The notes under the pieces: model-generated
Database searches by the model: none
What the model was told of the DNA's origin: nothing
What the model saw: only the letters and a program-made list of their open reading frames with translations
Shown: positions 9,391 through 20,797 of the stretch, in pieces
Layout: the number at the start of each line of letters is the position of its first letter
Numbering within the stretch: position 1 is the stretch's first letter
Assembly (NCBI RefSeq): GCF_028368995.1
Contig: NZ_JAQNDL010000001.1
Span: forward strand, 736,001 to 800,000
Reading direction: 5' to 3'
From: Nannocystis bainbridge
GTDB lineage: Bacteria > Myxococcota_A > Polyangia > Nannocystales > Nannocystaceae
Length of the DNA: 64,000 nucleotides
Program-made: the position numbers and the translations under genes

Positions 9391-10011
9391 TCACCGCACG
9401 AAGTTCAAATGATAATGCGGCGTGCTCGTGCGGCTCTCGTCGACCACCGCGATCCCGCGCGCCTTGGCCAGCCGCTTCAGGATCGCCCGCTCGCGCTTCT
9501 CGAGCCCGTGGCAGCGGACATCGACCGCCCCCTCGCGCAGGTGCTTCGACACGAAATCACCCGCTGCCACCTGGGCCTGGATCACCGCGGTCAAGGCCGC
9601 CAGCGCCGCCGCTCGCCCTGCTGTCCGTGCCGTCGCGTACGCCTCCACGACCGCCCTGGCCGCCGACTTGTTGGCGTAGTTGCGGACCACATCGTCCCCG
9701 CGCTCGAGGTTGCGCAGCATCAGCTCCGCCTGCACCTCGGGTCGCCGCGTCCCGTCCGTGATCATCAACGGCTTGCCGGTCGCCTGGTGGAACGCCGCCG
9801 CCAGCTCCGCCAGCCGCGGCTCGATCGCCGGCGGCACCTCGACCCCGGGCGCCTGCGAATAATCGGCGTTCACCACCACGACCGACGCCGCGGCGCTCTC
9901 GACCGCCAGCGGCGCGCTCGACGATTCACCCGTCGACACCTCGGCGCTCGCCGGCTCGCCCGTCAGCGCCCCCAGCAGCGCGATCGCTCGACCGATCATC
10001 CCCGCGACCAT
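9391..10011 (-). CDS. M15/LAS-type zinc peptidase-like secreted protein
   Basis: ITDGTR..EVQ, SKHLREGAVD (H-x6-D) and PHYH (HxH) motifs. Confidence 0.65.
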   Translation of the reverse strand: MVAGMIGRAIALLGALTGEPASAEVSTGESSSAPLAVESAAASVVVVNADYSQAPGVEVPPAIEPRLAELAAAFHQATGKPLMITDGTRRPEVQAELMLRNLERGDDVVRNYANKSAARAVVEAYATARTAGRAAALAALTAVIQAQVAAGDFVSKHLREGAVDVRCHGLEKRERAILKRLAKARGIAVVDESRTSTPHYHLNFVR

Positions 10012-10192
10012 ACCTCAACTCTCCGCAGCGACCGCTCGCCCCGCTCGGCCGCGACCTCGTCCCTGGGCTCGTCCCGCGACCTCGCCGCCTCGCGCGGCCG
10101 GTTCGGCGAGGGCCCGCGCGGCTCCCCAGTCGAGCGATTTCGCCCCCTCGTCTTGCTGCCCCATCGACCCCGACCTTGATTACCCTGCACCC

Positions 10193-10693
10193 GTGATCGC
10201 GCGACCGCTCCTCGTCCTCGTCCTCCTGGGCGCTTGCGGCTCCGAAGCGGCCAAGCCTGCCCCTGCGCCGGCCGAGCCGCCGGCCAAGGCCTCCGAGCCG
10301 CCGGCCAAGGCCGCCCCGTTCGCCGAGCCCAAGCTCAAGCCGCCCCCGCCGCCCGAGGGCGCCGCGCTCCTGCCCGACCGCAAGCTGCCGCTCTACGTCC
10401 AGCGCTGCGACACGGGCCACCCCTGCCCCGATCTGCTGCAGCCGGCCGGCGAGACCCACTGCCGCGACCTCGAGCTCGGCGGCTTCAAGCACTGGCGCCT
10501 GCCTGACCGCCTCGAGGTCAAGCGCTTCGGCGAGATCGCCGACCTCGCGCAGGCCGAAGGCTTCCACTGGACCCGCACCGCCTTCGCCGAGGACACCGCC
10601 CAGGCCTGGATCGTCGACCCGAAATCGGGCCAGGAGACCACCATCCCGCGCGATCGCAAGCCGTTCCGCGTCCGCTGCGTGTTCGAGCCGTGA
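10193..10693 (+). CDS. Lipoprotein with DUF1566/Lcl-like domain
   Basis: LGAC lipobox; C..LELGGFKHWRLP...E, HWT, AWIV and VRCV motifs. Confidence 0.7.
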   Translation: MIARPLLVLVLLGACGSEAAKPAPAPAEPPAKASEPPAKAAPFAEPKLKPPPPPEGAALLPDRKLPLYVQRCDTGHPCPDLLQPAGETHCRDLELGGFKHWRLPDRLEVKRFGEIADLAQAEGFHWTRTAFAEDTAQAWIVDPKSGQETTIPRDRKPFRVRCVFEP

Positions 10694-10761
10694 CCGCCCC
10701 GCCGGTCCTTCCGCGCGCGCCCCGTTCGAGCCGCGCGCTCCCGCCTGCTATCGTCCTCCGC

Positions 10762-11280
10762 GTGCGTCGCCTCGCCGTCGTCCTCGCCCTCGTCGCCTGT
10801 GGCCCGCCGTCCTTGCCGGCGGTGACCGACGGCGACGCGGCCGGCCCCGGCACCACGGCCGGCGCGGGCAGCTCGAGCACGACCGGCTGCATGGTGAGCG
10901 GCGACTGCGACACCGACGCGATCTGCGTCGCCGCCTACGGCCCCACCACCGGCGAGCTGGGCGGCGAGCGCGGCCCGGCCGAGTGCACCGACGAGACCGC
11001 CTGCATCGACGCGCTCGATCTGACGCGCTGGTGCTTCGATCACCAGTCGTGCTGCGGCGACCTGCGCTGCCGCACCGCCGACGGCGTCTGCGAACCACCT
11101 GACCTCGGGGTCAGCACCGGCGAAACCACGACCGGCGATCCCACCACGAGCGACGACACCACCACGACCTCGACCGGCGCCACCACGACCGGCGCCACCA
11201 CGACCGGCGACACCACGACCGGCGACACCACCACGACCGGCGACACCACCGGCTCGACCTCGAGCAGCACCACCGGCTGA
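10762..11280 (+). CDS. Cys-rich lipoprotein with Thr-rich repeat tail
   Basis: VRRLAVVLALVAC lipobox; Cys-rich core; (TTTGA/D)n tail. Confidence 0.7.
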   Translation: MRRLAVVLALVACGPPSLPAVTDGDAAGPGTTAGAGSSSTTGCMVSGDCDTDAICVAAYGPTTGELGGERGPAECTDETACIDALDLTRWCFDHQSCCGDLRCRTADGVCEPPDLGVSTGETTTGDPTTSDDTTTTSTGATTTGATTTGDTTTGDTTTTGDTTGSTSSSTTG

Positions 11281-11288
11281 TCGCCCTC

Positions 11289-11440
11289 GCCGATCGACCT
11301 CAGGCCGCTCACCGCCCTGGCGATCGACCTCGAACCGCCCCTCGCCGTCACGGCGATCGACCGCGAGCCAGAGTGACGACCCTCCGGGCGATCGACCTCG
11401 CGCCTGCAGATCGCCGACGGCCAGGCGATCGACCTCGCGC
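11289..11440. repeat. Five short direct repeats (GG)CGATCGACC(T/G)C(G) with unique spacers
   Basis: CGATCGACC at 11291, 11321, 11354, 11389, 11426 (steps 30/33/35/37); between convergent stops 11280 and 11461. Confidence 0.8.
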
Positions 11441-11460
11441 CTCCGCGGCGCGTCCGGCGC

Positions 11461-12078
11461 TCAGCCGACGCGATAGTTGGTAGCCAGGCGCACGTACTTG
11501 TGCGCCAGACCACGGTGCATCGCCTCGTCGGCCGCCGTCAGCGTGCGGATCACCTTGCCGGGTGCGCCGAGCACCAGCGAGTGCGGCGGCACCACCGTGC
11601 CGGCGGTGACCAGCGCTCCGGCGCCGACGATCGAGCCCTCGCCGATCACCGCCCCGTCGAGGATGGTCGCCTGGATCCCGACCAGCGTCCCGCCGCCGAT
11701 CCGGCAGCCGTGCACGACCGCCCGGTGGCCGATCACGACCTCCTCGGCGACGAAGGTGGGATCGCGATCGCCGAGGTGGATCACCGTCCCGTCCTGCACA
11801 TTGCTGCGCTCGCGGATCTCGACGCGGTTCACGTCGCCGCGCAGGACGCAGCCGTACCAGACGCTCACGTCGTCGGCGAGCAGCACGTCGCCGATCACGG
11901 CCGCGCCCGCGGCGATGCGGACCCGCTCGCCCACCGCGGGCGCGCGGTCGAGATAGCGCTCGACGATCGCCCCGGGAAACCGGGCCCGGAGCGCGCTGGC
12001 GCGGTCCTCGGCCGCCGCGGCGCCCGCCGGCGGAGCATCCACGCACGCGACCGAATCCACCACTGTTCGCGACGCCAT
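11461..12078 (-). CDS. Gamma-class carbonic anhydrase family protein (hexapeptide repeat)
   Basis: VIGDV.L.DDVSVWYGCVLRGD, NVQDGTVIH, IGHRAVVHGC; start trimmed from ORF 11461..12987. Confidence 0.9.
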   Translation of the reverse strand: MASRTVVDSVACVDAPPAGAAAAEDRASALRARFPGAIVERYLDRAPAVGERVRIAAGAAVIGDVLLADDVSVWYGCVLRGDVNRVEIRERSNVQDGTVIHLGDRDPTFVAEEVVIGHRAVVHGCRIGGGTLVGIQATILDGAVIGEGSIVGAGALVTAGTVVPPHSLVLGAPGKVIRTLTAADEAMHRGLAHKYVRLATNYRVG

Positions 12079-12148
12079 GAGGGCCCGGAGTCTACCCGTC
12101 TCGCTCGAGGGCTTGCCATCCCCGCGTACGATCGCGTAGAAAAGCCCC

Positions 12149-13348
12149 GTGGCAGCGTCGACGCGATCCAAACCCGCCAAAAAGGCCACCAGCAAGGCCA
12201 CGGCCGCCAAGAGCACCAGCGCCAAGGCCAAGGCCGGCGCCAAGCCGGCCGTGACCAAGAAGGCCCCCGCAGCGGCCAAGAAGGTCGCCGCCGCGAAGCC
12301 CGCCGAAAAGCCCGCCAAGGCTGCCAAGCCTGCCAAGGCCGTCGCCAAGGCGACCCGGGTGAAGGCCAAGGCCAAGGCGGCCGAGGAGCCGAAGACCACC
12401 AAGGTCGCCAAGGCCCCGGTCAAGCCAGCCAAGGCTGAGCCCAAGGCCGAGCCCAAGGCCGAGCCCAAGGCCAAGGTCCCGGCCAAGGCCGCCAAGAAGC
12501 CCGCCGAGGTCGCCAAGCCCGCGCGCAAGCCGGCCAAGGCCCCCGAGCCCGACCTCGAGGACGAGGACGAGGACGCGGTCGAGGCCGCCGAGGAGGAGAT
12601 CGACGAGGTCGAGGCCGATTCCGACGACGACGACGCCGTCGTCGCCGTCCAGGCCCCCCCGGCCCGCCGTGGCAACGAGCTCGACGAGTCCATCCTGTCG
12701 CGCGCGCCCCCCGCCTCGCAGTCCCCGCTCGGGCTCCAGCCCGCGGTCCCGCCGGCCGAGCGCAAGAAGAGCGTGCTGGAGATCGCCGAGGAGGACGACG
12801 AGTTCGACGACGAGCCGCCGCCCCCCAGCCTCGAGAACCTCGGCGCTTTGCTCCAGCGGGTCCACCACCTCGCGCAGTTCGGCACCGAGACCGAGATCCG
12901 CGAGGAGCTGCCGCCGCTGGTCGAGCTGCTCGAGCAGATCGACGACCCGGCCGTGCTGCCGCGCCTGCTCGACCTGCTCGAGGACAACGACCCGCACGGC
13001 GTCTACTGGAACATCCTCTACGTCCTGGAGAACTTCGACCAGTACCTGGCCGTGCTCCTGGGCGGCCTGCCGTCGCTCTACCACCGCGCGCCGGAGTGGG
13101 CCTACACCTGCGTCATCCGGATCCTCCGCACCCGCGGCGACGAGGACGATTGCACCGCGCAGTTCGAGCAGATCATCAACAACGGGCCGCCCGAGACCCG
13201 CACGCTGATGCTGCAGATCCTCCGCGAGCTCAGCGAGCACCCCGACACCGACGCCGACCAGCGGCAGAACGTCGCCCGCACGGTCACCGCGCTCGGTGGT
13301 GACGCCCCCGTCGCCGACAAGGCGCCCGAGCCGACGCCGGCGAGCTGA
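12149..13348 (+). CDS. Histone H1-like Lys/Ala/Pro N-terminus, acidic linker and Imm30-like helical C-terminal domain
   Basis: About 130 aa of AKPAK/KAEP repeats, D/E tracts, then LLEDNDPHGVYWNILYVLE...APEWAY..IRIL. Confidence 0.7.
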   Translation: MAASTRSKPAKKATSKATAAKSTSAKAKAGAKPAVTKKAPAAAKKVAAAKPAEKPAKAAKPAKAVAKATRVKAKAKAAEEPKTTKVAKAPVKPAKAEPKAEPKAEPKAKVPAKAAKKPAEVAKPARKPAKAPEPDLEDEDEDAVEAAEEEIDEVEADSDDDDAVVAVQAPPARRGNELDESILSRAPPASQSPLGLQPAVPPAERKKSVLEIAEEDDEFDDEPPPPSLENLGALLQRVHHLAQFGTETEIREELPPLVELLEQIDDPAVLPRLLDLLEDNDPHGVYWNILYVLENFDQYLAVLLGGLPSLYHRAPEWAYTCVIRILRTRGDEDDCTAQFEQIINNGPPETRTLMLQILRELSEHPDTDADQRQNVARTVTALGGDAPVADKAPEPTPAS

Positions 13349-13349
13349 G

Positions 13350-15911
<2,562 letters not shown>

Positions 15912-15925
15912 GCGCCCCACCAGGG

Positions 15926-16033
15926 CAGCATATCCCCGCGGACATGCCCGTTCGCGCATGCCTGAACGAGCATGTGCAAACGCGCATGTGCGAACGAGCA
16001 TGTCCGAACGCGCATGTCCGAACGGACATGCTG
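15926..16033. repeat. 14-bp-phased RRRCATGYYY array (copy 5, eight units)
   Basis: Cores at 15929(CATA), 15943, 15957, 15971, 15985, 15999, 16013, 16027; just 3' of the Lon stop. Confidence 0.95.
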
Positions 16034-16469
16034 GTCCGGGGCTCCACCAGCGCCCCCGGGGACCGGCCGCGAGGTGCCCGGGGCCCGGCCGCGGTGTTTC
16101 GGTCCACCGATGCGAGACCGCGGCTCGCGCCTCGAACTCGCCGTGCCTCGCCCCCGTGCCCTTCGCACCGCGACGGCCCGAGCGAGCCGCGCGCCCGCGA
16201 GCGCGACGCCGCGGCCCCATTGTCAGCAGCAGGTCCCTCCAAACCAACCCGCACGGCGCGCTCATGCCATCACTCCCTCGCTCTGCGCGCCTACGCCCAT
16301 TGCGAGCACACGCCCTATCGATAGCCTCCCGGGGCCCCCGCTCCGCGTCTCGATCCCCCACCACGACAACCGCCGCCGATCGCCGATTCGCCGACTCGAT
16401 CCTCGTTCCTCGCGCCCCCGAGCGAACCCGCCCGCGCCCTGCCGACCGGCCGTGCTACCCTGCGCGGAC

Positions 16470-17471
16470 ATGTGGGCTCTGGACAATCGCACCGGCTACG
16501 CCGCGGCCCGCAACTGGGCGCGCGACAAGGACGGGGTGCACTGGTGGATCGTCGCCGTCAAGGCCACCTTCGACGTGAGCCCGCAGGGCCGCGCCGTGCT
16601 CGCCGACGTGCAGCCCGAGCCCGTGCTCGCCCCCGAGTATTTCGGCGATCCGGGCGCCTCCAGCCTGCGTCACGACTCCGACCTGCTCGCGCCCAAGCCC
16701 GGCACCGACGTGCTGGCGATCGCCCACGCCCACGCCCCCGGCGGCCGCCCGGCGACCGCCGTCCCCGTGACCCTGCGCGTCGGCGCCCTGACCAAGCAAT
16801 TGCGGGTCCACGGCGAGCGCACCTATGATTCGCTGGGCGTCGGCCTGTCCGCGCCGGAGCCATTCTCGACAGCCCCCATTCGCTACGAATACGCCTTTGG
16901 CGGCTTCGACACCGCCGACCCCGACCCGGCCCGCCAGCGCATGGACGAGCGCAACCCGGTCGGTCGCGGCTTCGTGCGCCGCTCGCTGACCCGCGCCGGC
17001 CAGCTCGCGCACGCCATCGAATATCCCGACGGCGATCCCGCCGACGCAGGCCCGGCCGGCTTCGGCCCCGTCGATCCGTCCTGGTCGCCGCGCCGCCAGC
17101 TCGCCGGCACCTACGACGCCCGCTGGGAGCAGACCCGGCGCCCGCTGCTGCCCGCCGACTACGACCCTGAATTCGCCATGAGCGCCCCCGCCGACCAGCG
17201 CGCCGCCGGCCCCGTCCTCGGCGAGCGCGTCGAGCTGCACAACATGACCCCCGAGGGCATTCTCCGCGTCGAGGTCCCCCGCGTCGCCCTCGCCTTCACC
17301 ACCCGCTTCGGCGCGCGCCGCCAGGAGCAGCCCTCGCGGCTGACCGCCCTGATCCTCGAGCCCGAGGAGCGCCGCCTGTCGCTGGTGTGGCAGAGCTGCC
17401 TGCGCGTCGCGGCGCCCGACGCCGACTACCTCGACGTCACGGAGATCCGCGAACACCGAGGTGCCGCATGA
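16470..17471 (+). CDS. DUF2169 family T6SS effector adaptor
   Basis: MWALDNRTGYAA..W.RDKDG...VAVKATFD, PKPGTDVL, NPVGRGF, PAGFGP, AGTYD..W, APADQ. Confidence 0.9.
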   Translation: MWALDNRTGYAAARNWARDKDGVHWWIVAVKATFDVSPQGRAVLADVQPEPVLAPEYFGDPGASSLRHDSDLLAPKPGTDVLAIAHAHAPGGRPATAVPVTLRVGALTKQLRVHGERTYDSLGVGLSAPEPFSTAPIRYEYAFGGFDTADPDPARQRMDERNPVGRGFVRRSLTRAGQLAHAIEYPDGDPADAGPAGFGPVDPSWSPRRQLAGTYDARWEQTRRPLLPADYDPEFAMSAPADQRAAGPVLGERVELHNMTPEGILRVEVPRVALAFTTRFGARRQEQPSRLTALILEPEERRLSLVWQSCLRVAAPDADYLDVTEIREHRGAA

Positions 17472-17742
17472 ACGCGCCGATCGCCGACGGCGAGGCCCCG
17501 TCACTGCCCGCTCCGAGATCCCGCATGAACGCGCCGCCCAGCCCTGACAGCGCGCTCGGGTCACTCGCGCCGCGAACACCAAGGTGCCGCATGTACGCGC
17601 CGCCCAGCCCTGACCGCGCGCTACCGTCACGCCTCGCCCTCGCCCCGCGAACACCGAGGTGCCGCGTGAACGCGCCGCCCAGCCCTGACCGCGCGGTCCC
17701 GTCACGCCTCGCCCTCGCCCCGCGAGGTGCCGCGTGAACGCG
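17448..17742 (+). repeat. Five imperfect copies of the gene junction GAGGTGCCGC(A/G)TGAACGCGC; encodes an 89-aa repeat ORF (17468..17737)
   Basis: ATG/GTG of each copy at 17468, 17525, 17591, 17666, 17734 (steps 57/66/75/68). Confidence 0.85.
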
Positions 17743-18783
17743 CGGCTCGAAGTCGTCGCCATCGGCGCGCGCACCCCCGTCGGTCACGACGCGATCAGCA
17801 GCGCCGCCGCCGTACGGGCCGGCATCGCCCGCTGCAGCGAATATCCGTTCGCCACCCCCGACGGCGCCCCCCTGGTCGCCGCCGCCGACTCGCGCATCGA
17901 CCCGCTGCTCGAGGGCAATCCCCGGCTCGTACCGCTGCTCGCCAGCGCGCTCGCCGAGGTCGCCCGCACCCTCGCCCGCGGCGCCCCGCATGCCGGCCCG
18001 CAGCACCTCCTGCTCGCCCTCCCCGAGGCTCGCCCCGGCTTCGACAAGCGCGAGGCCGCCGAGCTCCTCGGCCTCGCTCTGGCCTGCCTGCGACGCCTGG
18101 GCGTGGCTGCCGAAGCTCGGGTCGCCGGCCACGGCCACGCCGGCGCCGTCCAGGCCGTCGAGCACGCCGCCCGCATCGTCGCCGCCGATCCCGACGCCCT
18201 GTGCTGGATCGCCGGCGTCGACAGCTGGCTGCACGCCGACACTCTGTTGTGGCTGGAGGACCAGCGCCGCTGCGCCCAGCCCGGTGTGCGCAGCGGCTTC
18301 ATCCCCGGCGAGGCCGCCGGCTGCCTCGCCCTGGCCAGCCCCGAGCTGCGCCGGCGCCTGCGCCTGCCGGCCCTCGCCCTCGTGCGCGGCGCCCGGACTG
18401 CCCGCGAGGCCCACCTGCGCACCAGCGACACCGGCACCTTCGGCGAGGGCATGCGCGACGCCGTCGTCGGCGCCGCCAGTGACCTGCGCCTGCCCGACGA
18501 GCGCATCGACACCCTCTACAACGACATCAACGGCGAGCGCTACCGCAGCGAGGAATGGGGCTTCGTGGCCCTGCGCACCGCCGAGCTGTGGAAATCGCTG
18601 CAATACGACGCCCCCGCCGATCGCTGGGGCGACGTGGGCGCGGCGACGGTGCCCCTCGCCGCCATCCTCGGGGTGCAATCTTTCCGCCGCAGCTACGCCT
18701 CCGGCCCGCGGGTCATGATCACCGCCGGCTCCGACGGCGGCCTCCGCGGCGCCCTGCTCCTCCAGCGCCCCGCGGGCCCCTGA
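17734..18783 (+). CDS. Beta-ketoacyl-synthase-like T6SS cassette protein (PRK06147-like)
   Basis: IGARTPVG...AAVRAGI, AGVDSWL, GFIPGEAAG, DINGERYRSEEWG, WGDVGAA; located between DUF2169 and PAAR-like genes. Confidence 0.85.
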   Translation: MNARLEVVAIGARTPVGHDAISSAAAVRAGIARCSEYPFATPDGAPLVAAADSRIDPLLEGNPRLVPLLASALAEVARTLARGAPHAGPQHLLLALPEARPGFDKREAAELLGLALACLRRLGVAAEARVAGHGHAGAVQAVEHAARIVAADPDALCWIAGVDSWLHADTLLWLEDQRRCAQPGVRSGFIPGEAAGCLALASPELRRRLRLPALALVRGARTAREAHLRTSDTGTFGEGMRDAVVGAASDLRLPDERIDTLYNDINGERYRSEEWGFVALRTAELWKSLQYDAPADRWGDVGAATVPLAAILGVQSFRRSYASGPRVMITAGSDGGLRGALLLQRPAGP

Positions 18784-18800
18784 GACGCCTCGAGGTCCCG

Positions 18801-19976
18801 ATGTCCAGCATCTCCGTCAACCCGCCCAAGACGCCCGTCACCACCGGCAGCAACGGCATCGCCGCCGCCACCGTGCCCAACGTGTGCAAGATGCCGGGCC
18901 CGCCCGCCCCGTTCGTCCCGACCCCGCTGCCCAACATCGCCAAGTCCGGCAACTCGCCCAAGGATTTTTCAAAGAAGGTCACCTTCGACGGCTGCAAGGT
19001 CGCCATCAAGGGCGCGACCTTCAAGTCCATCGGCGACCTCGCCAGCAAGGCCACCGGCGGCGGCATCGTCTCGGCGAACGTCGAGGGCCCGGCCCGCTTC
19101 GTCGGCCCCGGCTCGCTCGACGTCAAGGTCGAGGGCAAGAACGTCCACCTGCTCAGCGACCCGATGCTCAACAACTGCGGCCCGAGCGGCAGCCCGCCGA
19201 ACGCCGCCACGCTGCTCGGCCTGGTCCAACCGACCGGCCTCGTCGCCCTCGTCGGCGACGAACAATGCGCCCTCTGCCACAAGTCCCACGGCGACGCGGC
19301 GCGGCTCGAGGAGACCGCCGACACCAGGGCCGACGCCAGCACCTTCCAGGCCGCGGCCACGGCGGCGCGGGCGAAGAAGATCAAGGTGCGCGGGACGATG
19401 CTGGGCGTCGTCCGCTGCAAGGACGATTTCGTCTACGCCGCCAACTCGGGCGGACAGATCCCCGAGCTTCACCAGGAACTCTCGAAAGAGTGGCACACCC
19501 CCGTTCCGGAGCGGCTGTTCGCGTTCGAGTCGCTCGTCGGCGACGAACGACGCGAGCAGTTCCAGGACATGTGGAAGAACCTTGGCGAGGCGAGTCGCGC
19601 CTGGAAAGCCCGCAAGGAGCTCAAGGACGCGACGAGGACGGAGCAGCAAAAAGAGAAGGACGCGGGCGAACCCTTCTATCCGCCAGGCTCCTGCGCCGCT
19701 CAGAAAGCCGTCGTGCTGGCACTGATCCACGGTGCCCGACCCGTGGGTCTCACCGAACGCTGGTCCAGTCCCACCGGCCCGAAGTCTCGCGTGCTGGTCC
19801 ACTTCCGTTCCAGGCCAGGCGGCAGGCGAAAGCTCGGTTACTTCGGCGGGGAAGATGCCGTACCGCCCTGTGGCACCTGTCAGGTGATGCTGACGATGTT
19901 GCTTTGCCCGGACGAACGCGCTCCCAAGTGCGATCACCAATCACCCGGTTCGCAGGTCTGTCGATGCACCCCGTAG
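18801..19976 (+). CDS. PAAR-like DUF4150 protein with C-terminal deaminase-like toxin domain
   Basis: PNVCKMPGPPAPFVPTPLPN, GSLDVKVEGKNV..L.D.M.NN; C-terminal YAANSG, PPGSCAAQK, VPPCGTC. Confidence 0.8.
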   Translation: MSSISVNPPKTPVTTGSNGIAAATVPNVCKMPGPPAPFVPTPLPNIAKSGNSPKDFSKKVTFDGCKVAIKGATFKSIGDLASKATGGGIVSANVEGPARFVGPGSLDVKVEGKNVHLLSDPMLNNCGPSGSPPNAATLLGLVQPTGLVALVGDEQCALCHKSHGDAARLEETADTRADASTFQAAATAARAKKIKVRGTMLGVVRCKDDFVYAANSGGQIPELHQELSKEWHTPVPERLFAFESLVGDERREQFQDMWKNLGEASRAWKARKELKDATRTEQQKEKDAGEPFYPPGSCAAQKAVVLALIHGARPVGLTERWSSPTGPKSRVLVHFRSRPGGRRKLGYFGGEDAVPPCGTCQVMLTMLLCPDERAPKCDHQSPGSQVCRCTP

Positions 19977-20704
19977 AAGATGAAATGGAACGCTTCCTCG
20001 CCCGGCTCATGCCTGGCATCGATCTCGGGTGGGAGGGAGCTTCGACGGCGGAGATCCGCGAGATCGAGGCCCTCGCCGGGCGTCCGCTCCCCGACTTCTA
20101 TCGCTGGTTCCTCGCGCGGATGGGGCGCAACATGGGAGCGCTCGGCTACGCCAGCGTCGACTTCTCCGCCGCCCGCATCCTCGCTTGCTATCGAGAAGAG
20201 CTCCGCAGTCCGGATCCTCGTTACCTCCTGATCGGTTATGAAGACGATCCGGTGGTCCCCATGCATACCTGGTACGATCTCGCTCGCCCGATGCGGGGTG
20301 ACGCGCTCGTGCTGAGTCGGGGCATCGGAGACCCGCTCATACAGCTCGACTTCGAGACCTTCCGTGAGCAACTCGCCTGGAAAGCGATGCTGAACTTCCG
20401 GCTCGACGCCTTGCCAGCATCATGCAAGGGCAGCTTCAAATCCCACCGGGCGGACGTGCGAGCCCGCCTCGATCAGGCAATGAACGCCTTGAACTTCGAG
20501 CAGCCCGTCCCCTCCGGAGATTTCTGCGGAATTTTCGATCGCACAGACGCCGCCATGATCTGCAGCGTCACCCCGAGAGAAGAACCGGAGAAGATCCTGT
20601 TCTTCCGGCTCGCCGCCGCGAATGCAGGTACCATGCGCCGGATCCTCGGCGTCATCGCCAGGGAGACGGACCTCGAGGTCGTGATCGATCCTGGACAACC
20701 GTGA
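19964..20704 (+). CDS. SMI1/KNR4 (SUKH) family immunity protein
   Basis: GASTAEIREIEALAGRPLPDFYRWFLARMG motif; overlaps the toxin stop; alternative start at 19985. Confidence 0.85.
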   Translation: MHPVEDEMERFLARLMPGIDLGWEGASTAEIREIEALAGRPLPDFYRWFLARMGRNMGALGYASVDFSAARILACYREELRSPDPRYLLIGYEDDPVVPMHTWYDLARPMRGDALVLSRGIGDPLIQLDFETFREQLAWKAMLNFRLDALPASCKGSFKSHRADVRARLDQAMNALNFEQPVPSGDFCGIFDRTDAAMICSVTPREEPEKILFFRLAAANAGTMRRILGVIARETDLEVVIDPGQP

Positions 20705-20797
20705 AGCGATGCGAAGCCTCGACCGCTAACCACGCACGCTCTGAAGGCGGCCTCGCCCGCATCATCGCGTCCCGTCGTTGACGGCATGGTCCCTTCG

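Noticed and set aside
11117-11277. ACCACGACCGGCG repeats, and KAEP repeats at ~12431-12470
   Set aside because: Ordinary coding low-complexity linkers.
15926-16033. CATG arrays or the 11289-11440 array as CRISPR
   Set aside because: Repeats of 10-14 nt and spacers of 4 nt or about 20 nt are outside CRISPR ranges; no cas genes or leader.
17734-18783. Ketosynthase-like gene as part of a PKS/fatty-acid cluster with the P450s
   Set aside because: Context (DUF2169 upstream, PAAR-like downstream) identifies the T6SS adaptor-type family; no ACP or AT genes.
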